This document shows, one piece after another, positions 52,118-63,299 of a stretch of 64,000 bases of DNA; positions within the stretch are counted from its first letter, which is position 1, and every line of letters begins with the position of its first letter. The notes below the pieces were generated by a model. That model worked only from the letters and a program-made list of their open reading frames with translations, was not told the DNA's origin and did not search any database. Source of the stretch: Escherichia coli (GTDB taxonomy: Bacteria > Pseudomonadota > Gammaproteobacteria > Enterobacterales > Enterobacteriaceae); the NCBI RefSeq assembly GCF_003334815.1, contig NZ_QOWO01000003.1. One strand, given 5' to 3'. A program made the translations under genes and the position numbers.

Positions 52118-54265
52118 TTACGCCAGTGCCGCTTCGCGCAGGCGAGTTTTCAACTTGTTGTACTCGTCAATCACGTACTGCTCGGCGGCGCGCTGATCGG
52201 CGATCGGCTCGACGCGAACGGCGCAGTATTTGTACTCCGGCGTTTTCGTAATCGGGCTTAAGTTTTCAGTAACCAGCTCGTTACAGGCACCAATCCACCA
52301 CTGGTAGGTCATGTAAATCGCCCCTTTGTTCGGACGATCGCTGACCTGCGCACGGGTGATAATTTTGCCTTTACGCGAGTGCACCCAAACCAATGCCTCA
52401 TCTTCAATACCCAGACGTTTGGCGTCTTCGGTATTGATTTGTGCGTAGCCAGGTTCATCAGCCAGCGCCGCCAGTGCCGCACAGTTACCGGTCATCGAAC
52501 GGCAAGAGTAGTGACCAACTTCACGCACCGTTGACAGTACCATCGGGTACTCGTCGGTGAGTTTGTCGATTGGCGCTACCCAGTCGCAGGTGAAGAACTG
52601 CGCCAGACCGTTCGGGGTATCAAACTTCTCTTTAAACAGATAAGAAGTCCCCTGATCGGCATCTGAAGTATCGCGGCAAGGCCACTGAATGAAGCCCAGT
52701 TCGCCCATTTTCTCGTAAGTCGCACCGTAGAAATCCGGGCACAGATGACGCAACTCATCCCAGATCTCCTGGGTGTTGTTGTAGTGCATCGGATAACCCA
52801 TACGGGTGGCGATTTCACTGATGATTTGCCAGTCCGTTTTCAGATCCCATTTCGGTTCAACCGCCTTGAAGAAACGCTGGAAGCCACGGTCAGCCGCAGT
52901 AAACACGCCTTCATGCTCGCCCCACGACGTTGACGGTAAAATAACATCCGCCGCCGACGCGGTTTTGGTCATAAAGATGTCCTGAACGATAACCAGTTCC
53001 AGATCTTCAAAGGCTTTACGTACTGCCGACAGCTCCGCGTCAGTTTGTAGCGGATCTTCGCCCATAATGTACGCGGCACGCACTTCGCCATGCGCTGCGC
53101 GGTGCGGCAGCTCGCTGATGCGATAGCCGGTATGCGCTGGCAGGCTTTCCACGCCCCAGGCTTTGGCGAATTTCTCGCGGTTAGCCGGATCTTTCACGTA
53201 CTGGTATCCCGGATACGTATCCGGCAGCGCGCCCATATCGCAGGCACCCTGAACGTTGTTCTGACCACGAACCGGGTTAACACCCGCATGCGGCTTACCG
53301 AGGTTACCGGTCAGCATCGCGAGGCTGGTCAGAGAACGCACGGTTTCCACGCCCTGGTAGAACTGGGTTACACCCATGCCCCACAGGATGGCGGCGCTTT
53401 TCGCCTGGGCATACATCCGTGCCGCCTGACGAATCTCACTGGCGCTGACGCCGGTGATATCTTCAACCGACTCCGGCGTGTAGCCTTCAACGATTTTACG
53501 ATACTCTTCAAAGCCTTCTGTACGTGAAGCGACGAACGCTTTGTCGTACAGATTTTCTTCAATAATGACATGGCCCATCGCATTCAACAGCGCGATGTTC
53601 GAGCCGTTTTTCAGTGCAATGTGCATGTCAGCAATGCGCGCGGTTTCAATTTTGCGCGGATCGCAGACGATAATTTTCGCCCCGTTACGTTTAGCGTTAA
53701 TTACGTGATTCGCCACGATTGGGTGGGAATCCGCCGGGTTGTACCCGAAAACGAACACTAAATCGGTATTATCAATTTCGTTAATAGCATTGCTCATTGC
53801 GCCATTACCGACCGATTGGTGCAGACCTGCAACCGATGGGCCGTGTCAGACACGAGCGCAGCAGTCAACGTTATTGGTACCAATAACGGCGCGCGCAAAT
53901 TTTTGCATTACATAGTTGGTTTCGTTACCCGTACCACGCGAGGAGCCGGTCGTCTGGATGGCATCCGGACCGTACTTCTCTTTGATGGCGCTCAGGCGCT
54001 CGGCAACGTAATTCAGTGCCTCATCCCAGGAAACAGGTTCGAGTTTGCCGCCACGCTGGCGACGGATCATGGGGGTTTTCAGGCGCGGGGTCAGGATCTG
54101 GGTATCGTTAATGAAGTCCCAGCCATAATAACCCTTCAGACACAGGGTACCCTGGTTGGTTTTCCCCTGCGCTGCCTCCGCCCGGACGATTTTGCCGTTA
54201 TCGACGACCAGGTTGATTTTGCAACCTGATGCGCAATAGGGGCAAACCGTGACGACTTTTTTCAT
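52118..54265 (-). CDS. fdhF: Formate dehydrogenase H selenoprotein FdhF (715 aa with in-frame TGA = selenocysteine at codon 140)
   Basis: Track ORFs 53846..54265 (MKKVVTVCPYCASGCKINLVVDNGK...NVDCCARV) and 52118..53797 (MSNAINEIDNTDLVFVFGYNP...) are in the same frame, separated only by TGA (complement 53846..53848). Read-through gives ...CARV-U-HGPSVAGLHQSVGNGAMSNAINE... Confidence 0.95.
53798..53845 (-). other. Bacterial SECIS stem-loop immediately 3' of the fdhF UGA codon
   Basis: Minus-strand sequence after TGA: cacggcccatcggttgcaggtctgcaccaatcggtcggtaatggc, with stem ggttgcagg / cctgcacc-like pairing around a small apical loop. Confidence 0.8.
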
Positions 54266-54314
54266 CGGTCTCGCTCCAGTTAATCAAATCACGCATACGC
54301 GCTCTCGACTACAG

Positions 54315-54332
54315 TATGCATCTTTTATGCCA
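54315..54332 (-). promoter_or_regulatory. Sigma-54 (-24/-12) promoter of fdhF
   Basis: Minus strand TGGCATAAAAGATGCATA: GG and GC spaced 10 bp apart as in the TGGCAC-N5-TTGCA consensus, about 50 nt upstream of fdhF ATG. Confidence 0.7.
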
Positions 54333-54462
54333 CATTTTATGTGGGGTCATTCCCTGATATTACGGGCACTATTTATTCAAAACTCTGACGAAAAACAGGC
54401 TGTCGTCAGTTTTGACGTGACGAAACGAAATACCGCGTGACAGCCATCACGCGGCAGACATT

Positions 54463-55929
54463 TTATTTTTTCTCGACGACGGGACCTGCCTGATACCCGC
54501 CGCCCAGCGATTTCATCAACTGAATGCTTTGGATCACCCGGCGGCTGTCCAGCATCAGTAATGACATCTCTTCGGCAAGCACTGGCAACCGGGCTTCGGT
54601 GGCCTGTAAGCGGCTGGTTAAGCCGCGCTGATAGGCGGCCTCGGCAGCGCGCTGGGTAAAGCGCGTGGCTTCCACGCGTTCAGCCTGCATTTCTCGCTCG
54701 TCGTTGAGCGTTTGCAGACGCGTGCCGTTGACGGCAACGTCACGCACCGCGTTCAGTACTGACTGGTTGTAACGTTCAATCATCATGTTGCTGGCGGCGC
54801 GCGTGCCTTCGAGATTGGCATTCAACCGTCCACCGTCAAACAGCGGCAATTTCAGACCCGGGATGAAGTTGAACTGGCGACTGGTTTTTTTGAATAAGGT
54901 ATGCAGATGGATGGAGTCCAGACCGAAAAACGCTTTGATATCAAAGCTCGGATAGAACAACGCCCGCGCGGAATCCACCTGATCTAATGACGCCTGAACA
55001 TACCAGCGCATGGCTTGCAGATCCGGGCGTCTGGCGAGCAACTCATAAGAGAGTGTCGCCGGAATGCCGGTCTGGACTTGCGGTAATGCCACCGGTCTGA
55101 TCTCCGGCATATCGCTGGCTCCCGCGCCAATCAATGCACGCAGAGATTCTCGCGTTTCGGTGATTTGCCCTTTGACGGCAACAATTTGTTTATCGACCGC
55201 CAGAATCTGTGCCCGCGCGCCGTGGAAAGGCACTTGCGCTTCCAGACCGTGCGCCACTTTACTCTGGTGCGCTTTCACCGCGTAATCAATCACATCGTGA
55301 GTTTGTTCTAACAGATCGAGCATCTGATAGCTGGCCTGCATACTGTAATAAAGCTGCGCTACGCCCGTGGCCAGCGATAGCTCTACTGCTGCGGTTTCTG
55401 CCAGCGCGGCATTATGCGCGCCAATGGCGGCGGCAACCGCTGAGCGATGCACACCCCACAAATCAAGATCCAGTCCGGCAAACAAACCTACTGTGGCTTC
55501 CGTATAGTACGGCCCGTCCATACCCAGTGCTGGCGCATCCATTGAATAAGGGCTTAAAAAGCCGTTCGCCGAGACACGTTGGCGGTTGAGCATCCCTAAC
55601 GCTGCGACCTGTAATTGTGAACCGGCATCTAACAAATCGGCCTGGGACTGCGCTTTTTCTTCCCGCAGTTTCGCTTCGGCGAGGGTGTGTGAACCACTTA
55701 GCGTCCGTTGGATCAGCGCATCCAGCTGCGGGTCATTGAGTTGTTTCCACCACTGCGCCTGCGGCCAGCCGGAGCTGGCAAGATGAATATCGTCGGCCAG
55801 TTTGATTTGTTCCGGTTTGAGCTGTTGATGAGGTGCAGAATCCTTACGTACCAGGGCACAGCCGGAAATCAGCGTCGTGCTGCCGAGAATGCTGCACAAC
55901 AGCAGACGTGAAAGTTGACGATTGATCAT
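54463..55929 (-). CDS. mdtP: Outer-membrane efflux factor MdtP (488 aa)
   Basis: MINRQLSRLLLCSILGSTTLISGCALV lipobox; OMF/TolC-family protein; ATGA overlap with mdtO. Confidence 0.95.
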   Translation of the reverse strand: MINRQLSRLLLCSILGSTTLISGCALVRKDSAPHQQLKPEQIKLADDIHLASSGWPQAQWWKQLNDPQLDALIQRTLSGSHTLAEAKLREEKAQSQADLLDAGSQLQVAALGMLNRQRVSANGFLSPYSMDAPALGMDGPYYTEATVGLFAGLDLDLWGVHRSAVAAAIGAHNAALAETAAVELSLATGVAQLYYSMQASYQMLDLLEQTHDVIDYAVKAHQSKVAHGLEAQVPFHGARAQILAVDKQIVAVKGQITETRESLRALIGAGASDMPEIRPVALPQVQTGIPATLSYELLARRPDLQAMRWYVQASLDQVDSARALFYPSFDIKAFFGLDSIHLHTLFKKTSRQFNFIPGLKLPLFDGGRLNANLEGTRAASNMMIERYNQSVLNAVRDVAVNGTRLQTLNDEREMQAERVEATRFTQRAAEAAYQRGLTSRLQATEARLPVLAEEMSLLMLDSRRVIQSIQLMKSLGGGYQAGPVVEKK

Positions 55930-57977
55930 TGCGTGGCTCCTTGTGCCTGTTCCGTGGCGGGCGTTAATGCCGGGGCTGTCCAGTCTGGCAAGCGGGCGAA
56001 AAGCTGGCAGACGTGTTGCTCCTGTTTTAATAAGGTGGGCAGGATGGCCTGAGAGGCGGGTGTCTCTTCAAGCGTTATTTGAGGAGAACGGCTGAGTGCG
56101 GTTGCCAGACCGGCAGCGTATTTCTCCAGGGCGTCGGCAAACTGACCTGCTCTGTCCGGCTGTAGTGCGTTATCCAGCGCCTGCGCCGAGTTCCAGGTGG
56201 CATCCCAGGCGTGAAGAAGATCGCGGCCCTGACGAATAACCGTTTGCGAACGTTCAATCAGTAATGCGCGTTCTTCGCTGTCCAGTTGACGCTCCAGCGC
56301 CACGCGTTGGCACATCTCTTCACAGGCATTAAACGCCGCATGCAGACCGATACGAATTTGCAGATAAGTGCGCAGAGCCGTGACTTCCTGCTGGCGTGGG
56401 ATCCGCATTACTTTACTTAACATACCCAGCGTGCCAGCCAGTTTTTGCGGCAGTGTGCGCGCTTCACTTTCAGGCCAGACAAAGGTGTAAATCACCGCGG
56501 ACACCACGGTACCAATGATGATACCCAGGGCGCGATCGCGAATTTCCACCAGGTCGTACACTGGGCCAAAAACGTTTTCGAGCGTGGCGAGCGCGAAGGT
56601 GACCACCATCTGTGTGCCGATATAAGAAGAGCGTTCAGAGCTGGTGGCAATCCATGCGCCCAACAGGAAAATCGGTGCCAGCACAAACAGCAATTCGACA
56701 ATATTGTCCAGCCAGGGCATGACCAGTAGCGTGAATAACAGCGCCAGAATCGCGCCGCAAAAGGCCCCGCCAAAACGCAGCACCATCTTCTGGTACGACG
56801 AACCGACATTTGGGTTAGCGACGATCACGCATGTCAGCATACAGGTGTGAATGCCTTCCCAGTCCACGCCGCTGTAAAAGGTGTAACAGATCAAACAGGC
56901 GAGCAGCGTTTTTACCGCGTAGCGCATATAGTCTGGATTGGTAAAAGCATCGGCGGCCATTGATGGCGGTTTGGCTGCGGGCGTTGGCGGCGTATTCGGG
57001 TCCATCTGACCCAGTTGTAACAACGTCTGGCAGATATTCTCCAGGTTACATTCCCGTGCCGCCATCGCTTCACTTTCACTGATCCGCCAGTCGCTTTGCC
57101 AGCACTGACCTTCAGCAACGGCATGCTGCAGCTTGTTGATTTCTGAAGCTAATTTTTGTCGGAATTCAATAATTGCCTGAGAATCAGCAAAAGAGGTGGG
57201 ATCGTAGCGATTCAGCGTCGAGTAAATGTAGGTTACCGTTGCCACGCAGCTTTGCCACCATGCGTTTTGAGTTCGCCAGTTGGCATCGTCCGCGAGGCAA
57301 AAGACATTGAGTTTTTGTAGCGCCAGCGCCTCTCTTTCAATCCGCGTTTCGGGTAGCGGTGCGAGGCTGTCTGTCAGGTGACTAATGGCATCATCAAGCC
57401 GATCATTAAGCGCCTGATGCATTTGCGAAATGGCACGACTGGGAAACCACAGCACGCCGATTAACGTCATCAGCAAGGTTGGATAGAGGCCAACAACGAT
57501 ACACCACAGCGTTAAGCGCACGACCACTTCCGGATAGTCGAGCATGGCGGGGAAGGTTTGCCCGTAAATAGCGACAATGGCGACGGCGAAAAAGACCAGC
57601 CCCAAGCGATGGGTGCGCATCAAAAACATGCAGCCCATCAGGATCGGTCCGGCGATGATCAATCGGATCAACGGTTCGCCGTATGACCATTTGTAGATCA
57701 AAAACAGGCTGCCGATCTCCAGCACCGTGGCAACCACAAACAAGATCGCGACAAATTTGGTGTAAAACGCGTTCGACTGAATACCGTAAAACAGCACTGC
57801 CAGCGATAACGCCACAAAAGGGATCTCAAAGGTCATCGAGATCAGAATCACCAGCAGGCAGCCTACCCAGAGTTGCACGGTCTGCGGCACGCGACCTGGT
57901 CGCCGCTCGCTTAACTCTTCATGAAAGAACGCCAGCAGCCTGACCACCGGTAATGGCAGGGAGTTGAGCGCGCTCAT
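55926..57977 (-). CDS. mdtO: Inner-membrane efflux component MdtO (683 aa)
   Basis: MSALNSLPLPVVRLLAFFHEELSERRPGRVPQTVQLWVGCLLVILISMTFEIPFVALSLAVLFYG...; FUSC/AaeB-like polytopic protein. Confidence 0.95.
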   Translation of the reverse strand: MSALNSLPLPVVRLLAFFHEELSERRPGRVPQTVQLWVGCLLVILISMTFEIPFVALSLAVLFYGIQSNAFYTKFVAILFVVATVLEIGSLFLIYKWSYGEPLIRLIIAGPILMGCMFLMRTHRLGLVFFAVAIVAIYGQTFPAMLDYPEVVVRLTLWCIVVGLYPTLLMTLIGVLWFPSRAISQMHQALNDRLDDAISHLTDSLAPLPETRIEREALALQKLNVFCLADDANWRTQNAWWQSCVATVTYIYSTLNRYDPTSFADSQAIIEFRQKLASEINKLQHAVAEGQCWQSDWRISESEAMAARECNLENICQTLLQLGQMDPNTPPTPAAKPPSMAADAFTNPDYMRYAVKTLLACLICYTFYSGVDWEGIHTCMLTCVIVANPNVGSSYQKMVLRFGGAFCGAILALLFTLLVMPWLDNIVELLFVLAPIFLLGAWIATSSERSSYIGTQMVVTFALATLENVFGPVYDLVEIRDRALGIIIGTVVSAVIYTFVWPESEARTLPQKLAGTLGMLSKVMRIPRQQEVTALRTYLQIRIGLHAAFNACEEMCQRVALERQLDSEERALLIERSQTVIRQGRDLLHAWDATWNSAQALDNALQPDRAGQFADALEKYAAGLATALSRSPQITLEETPASQAILPTLLKQEQHVCQLFARLPDWTAPALTPATEQAQGATQ

Positions 57978-59008
57978 TATTGCGGCTCAAGATTAGCGAC
58001 TGCCGAAGCGCCGATGCGGAACATTTCCGGGTCAGGTTTATCGACCATGATTTTGACCGGAAAACGCTGGGCAACGCGGACCCAGTTAATAGAACGAGAC
58101 ACTTTCGGCAGGCCGCCCAGCACCAGGCCGCCGTCATCCGGTAGCACGCCGTAGCCAATCGAATCCACTTTACCCTCGAAGGTTTTGCCGCTGTCACTCA
58201 TCAGGCGAATCGTTGCGGGTGTACCTGAGCGAATATTTTTCAGATCGGTTTCGCGGAAGTTGGCGATCACATACCAGTGACGAGTGTCGATTAGGGTAAA
58301 AATAGGGCGCATGGCAGAAGCAAATTGCCCGACGGAGGTTTTGAGGGAAATGACCCGGCCATCAAACGGCGCGCGAACGGTCGCCATTTCCAGATGCAGT
58401 TTGGTCAGGGCAATATCCGCTTCGACCGCCGCACGCTGGGCAACTAATGCATCCACGCCGCTGACGGCGCTGGCGGCTGACTGCGCCTGTAACAATACGG
58501 CATTAAGATCCGCTTCTGCGGCGCGCTGCGCCGTTCTTGCACGGTCAACATCTTCCGCTGAGACAAAACCTTCTTTCAGTAATGGCTCGGTGCGGCGTAA
58601 TGTATCTGTGGCCTGTTTCGCGGCGGCACGGGCTTTTTCTACCGTGGCATTAACCGAGTCGGCACCAAACTGTTGCGCGTCAACGCTACGCTGGGTGAGC
58701 ATAATTTGCTTATCCAGCGCCGCGAGGGAGGCTTCAGCTTTCGCCAGATTGGCTTCGTACGGGCGCGGGTCGATGCGGAACAGCAAATCGCCCTGTTTGA
58801 CTGCCTGGTTGTCGGTGACCGCCAGTTCTACAATGCGGCCGCTGACTTCCGGTACCACATCAATGGTATCTGCTGACGCGTAAGCGTCATTAGTTGATGG
58901 CGCACTGTCTACGCGCCAGATAACGAAAACAAGGGCAACCAGCGCCAACGCAACCACTAACAGAGCAGGGAATTTACTGCGAGGAGCTTTTTTCGGCGTA
59001 CTTTCCAT
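57977..59008 (-). CDS. mdtN: Membrane-fusion (HlyD-family) efflux subunit MdtN (343 aa)
   Basis: MESTPKKAPRSKFPALLVVALALVALVFVIWRVDSAPSTNDAYASADTIDVVPEVSGRIVELAVTDNQAV... Confidence 0.95.
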   Translation of the reverse strand: MESTPKKAPRSKFPALLVVALALVALVFVIWRVDSAPSTNDAYASADTIDVVPEVSGRIVELAVTDNQAVKQGDLLFRIDPRPYEANLAKAEASLAALDKQIMLTQRSVDAQQFGADSVNATVEKARAAAKQATDTLRRTEPLLKEGFVSAEDVDRARTAQRAAEADLNAVLLQAQSAASAVSGVDALVAQRAAVEADIALTKLHLEMATVRAPFDGRVISLKTSVGQFASAMRPIFTLIDTRHWYVIANFRETDLKNIRSGTPATIRLMSDSGKTFEGKVDSIGYGVLPDDGGLVLGGLPKVSRSINWVRVAQRFPVKIMVDKPDPEMFRIGASAVANLEPQ

Positions 59009-59026
59009 GAGCGCGTCTCAAATAGA

Positions 59027-59302
59027 TTAGAAAAATGCCAGCCAGAACAGCATGGCGTAGAGAGCAAAAAGGGCGGTATAAATAATTCCGACAAATGCCA
59101 GATTGATATTTGCCCGCTGAATAACTCGCCTCGTGATGAGCGTCAAAATAAGGCTGGCAATGGCGCAGAAAAACCAGCTGGGATAATAAGCGCCGATCAC
59201 CGGGATTGCCGGAGATAATGAGCATCCCGAAACCATGAAGACGGGAATTATCCAGGCTGTTTTTTTGAGTTGCATCGCCATGCGAGAGAGAACTGTTGGC
59301 AT
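59027..59302 (-). CDS. ytcA: Small lipoprotein YtcA (91 aa), first gene of the ytcA-mdtNOP operon
   Basis: MPTVLSRMAMQLKKTAWIIPVFMVSGCSLSP (lipobox) followed by two hydrophobic helices. Confidence 0.8.
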   Translation of the reverse strand: MPTVLSRMAMQLKKTAWIIPVFMVSGCSLSPAIPVIGAYYPSWFFCAIASLILTLITRRVIQRANINLAFVGIIYTALFALYAMLFWLAFF

Positions 59303-59510
59303 ATTAAATACATCCTGTCTGCTGCGAACAATATCTGTAGTGAATATCAATATCCATTGAAGGCGTCAGTATGGCTATTTTCTTGATGAATAAAAATAGC
59401 TTTATTCAGCCACCGCATTCATAACTTATATATTTTATTTATTAATTGGCTGTATATATTTTTAAAATAAATACTTTTGGGGGCTTCAGCGCCCACAAAA
59501 GCGAGTGACA

Positions 59511-61408
59511 TTAATTTGGGGTTACGATATTCACCCACAAATCGAAATTATCCAGACAGGCGATAATTTCTTCCAGTTTCGCGCCATTGCCAATAATTTT
59601 GGCTTTCTTCGCTTTTACCAGATCCGCCATTTTGGCTTGTCCGGTCAGCACGGCGTGCAGATCTTCACGGCTGATGTAGAAAGAGGCGTCGGCTTGCGGT
59701 TGCAGCGTTTTCCGGTAGTTAAGCACGCTATCGTTCAGCGTCAGGTTGAGGTTATCGCCGTTGCTCATATTGAAGTTCAGGCTGATATTTTTACCCGCAG
59801 CTTTCGCGCTATCGAGGCGAACGGCCATAAAGTCGAACAGCATTTCGACCGACATCCCGCGAATGGTGTCCGGGGAACCGGTGGTGCCGTGGCTGAACTT
59901 ATGCACCCCTTCGCGCAGCTCTTTCGCGCCGGTCAGGTAGAAACCGCGCCATGTGGCGGACTCGGCCTGATAGCCCAGCTGTTCAAAGTTATTCGCTTGC
60001 AGATTCTTCGCGACCTGGTCACCCGGGTTGGCGGCAATCACCTGTTTCAGCAGTTCTGCCGACCAGCGGTAATCACCTTGCTTGTTCGCTTCTTGCGCCA
60101 GGTTGATGACACGGGCAGAACCGCCCAGCGCCTGCACGTAACGTTTACCCATCTCCACCTGACCATACGGATGCAGGTTAGCCGGGTTACCGTCGTAATA
60201 GCCAAGATAGAAGTTATACACCGCGCGGGCGTTGTGGCTGACAGAACCGTAATAGCCGCGGCTGGCCCAGTTATTGGCAAGTGCAGGCGGCAGCTTAATC
60301 ATGTCGCCGATTTCATTCATGGTGTAGCCCTGGTTCGCCAGGTGTGCGGCATAAACAGCACTTCCGCGTCGTTACCCCACATATCCAGCGTTTCGTTCAG
60401 ATACTCGGTCCACTTGCTGGTGTCGCGGGTTTTCGCGCCGCGCAGAGTGTAGAAGTTGTGCAGGGTATGCGTGGCGTTCTCGGCGGTACACAGGGCTTTC
60501 AGGGCCGGAATATAGAAGTGCATTTCGGCTGGCGCTTCGCTACCTGGGGTCATCAGGAAGTCAAACTCCAGGCCGTCGATAATCATCTTCTCGCCAGTTC
60601 TGACGATAGTTTTCGTCGGTGCAATAATGCTCGGGTCGCCCGTTGCCAGCGTCACGCCAAGGCCATTACCCACATTGCCTTGCGCGTTGTGCGGCAGTAA
60701 CAGACCGTAAGAGTAGAGCGCACGGCGGCTCATGATGTTACCCGCCAGCACGTTTTCGCTGATGGCTTCGTCCATAAAGCCTGCAGGGGCAATCACCTGA
60801 ACTTTGCCGGATTTAACATCGGCTTCAGAGATAATGCCTTTCACGCCACCATAGTGGTCGGTGTGGCTGTGAGTGTAGATAACGGCAACAATCGGTTTTT
60901 GCGGACGATGCTGGAAGTAAAGGTCAAGTGCGGCTTTTGCGGCAGGCGGCGTCACCAGCGGGTCGATAACAATAATGCCTTTCTCGCCCTCAACGAACGT
61001 AATGTTAGAGATATCCTGGCCGCGCACCTGATACATTTTATCGGTGACTTTGAACAGGCCAGAAATACCGTTGATTTGCGACTGACGCCACAGGCTGGGG
61101 TTTACGGTTTCCGGCGCTGCGGCATTAATATCAAATTTGTAATCGTCCGCGCGGTAGTAAACTTTACCGTTCGCATCACGCAGAATACCTTCATCCAGCA
61201 GCGGGGCGATAAATCCACGCTGGGCATCGTCAAAATCCTGACGATCGCTAAACGGTAATGATTTGGCGTAATTCTGATTAACCTGTTGGGTATATTGAGT
61301 GGCGGCTTTCGCTTCCTCTTTCGCGTTAGCGGTATTTACCATCATGCCGCTGGCGGCAGTTAACGCAATAACAATCCTGCTCAAACGGAATAACCGAGAG
61401 TTATTCAT
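59511..61408 (-). pseudogene. yjcS: Alkyl/aryl-sulfatase gene yjcS split into two frames (N-terminal MBL-fold fragment and C-terminal fragment)
   Basis: Track ORF 60317..61420 (MBL-fold; [11 protein letters not shown]) ends ...[16 protein letters not shown] 59511..60320 ([17 protein letters not shown]...) starts in a different frame whose upstream codons read ...HLANQGYT. Frame break near 60337..60346. Confidence 0.6.
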
Positions 61409-61637
61409 ATAAATCTCCATTTATCATTTATGTCGTAAATATGTAATCCATGCAAAATACGTCATTTAAAGCTGGCGTTATCATAATTGGGAAATTGCGA
61501 CTTTAATAAGTGGAAGTGTGAGCGGAACGCGCCATTTTATTAGGCATTTGTGCTGAAGAGGGAAAATTACAGTAAAACTATCATTGCAGAAAATAATATG
61601 AGTCGTTTTATGTGTTTATTATATATATTGTACCTGT

Positions 61638-61678
61638 CGTTGGCACAGCGGGACATTGCGCTACTGTGCCAACGTTTT
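61638..61678. terminator. Hairpin immediately downstream of alsK (als operon 3' end); T-tract lies on the plus strand
   Basis: cgttggcacag ... ctgtgccaacg (11-bp arms, 15-nt loop) followed by tttt on the plus strand. Confidence 0.4.
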
Positions 61679-61680
61679 AC

Positions 61681-63289
<1,609 letters not shown>

Positions 63290-63299
63290 GTTCAATTCC

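Noticed and set aside
54433-54455. Hairpin ccgcgtg-N9-cacgcgg between mdtP and the fdhF upstream region
   Set aside because: Could be the mdtP terminator or part of the FhlA upstream activating region of fdhF; cannot tell from sequence, and flanking T-runs are weak on the mdtP strand.
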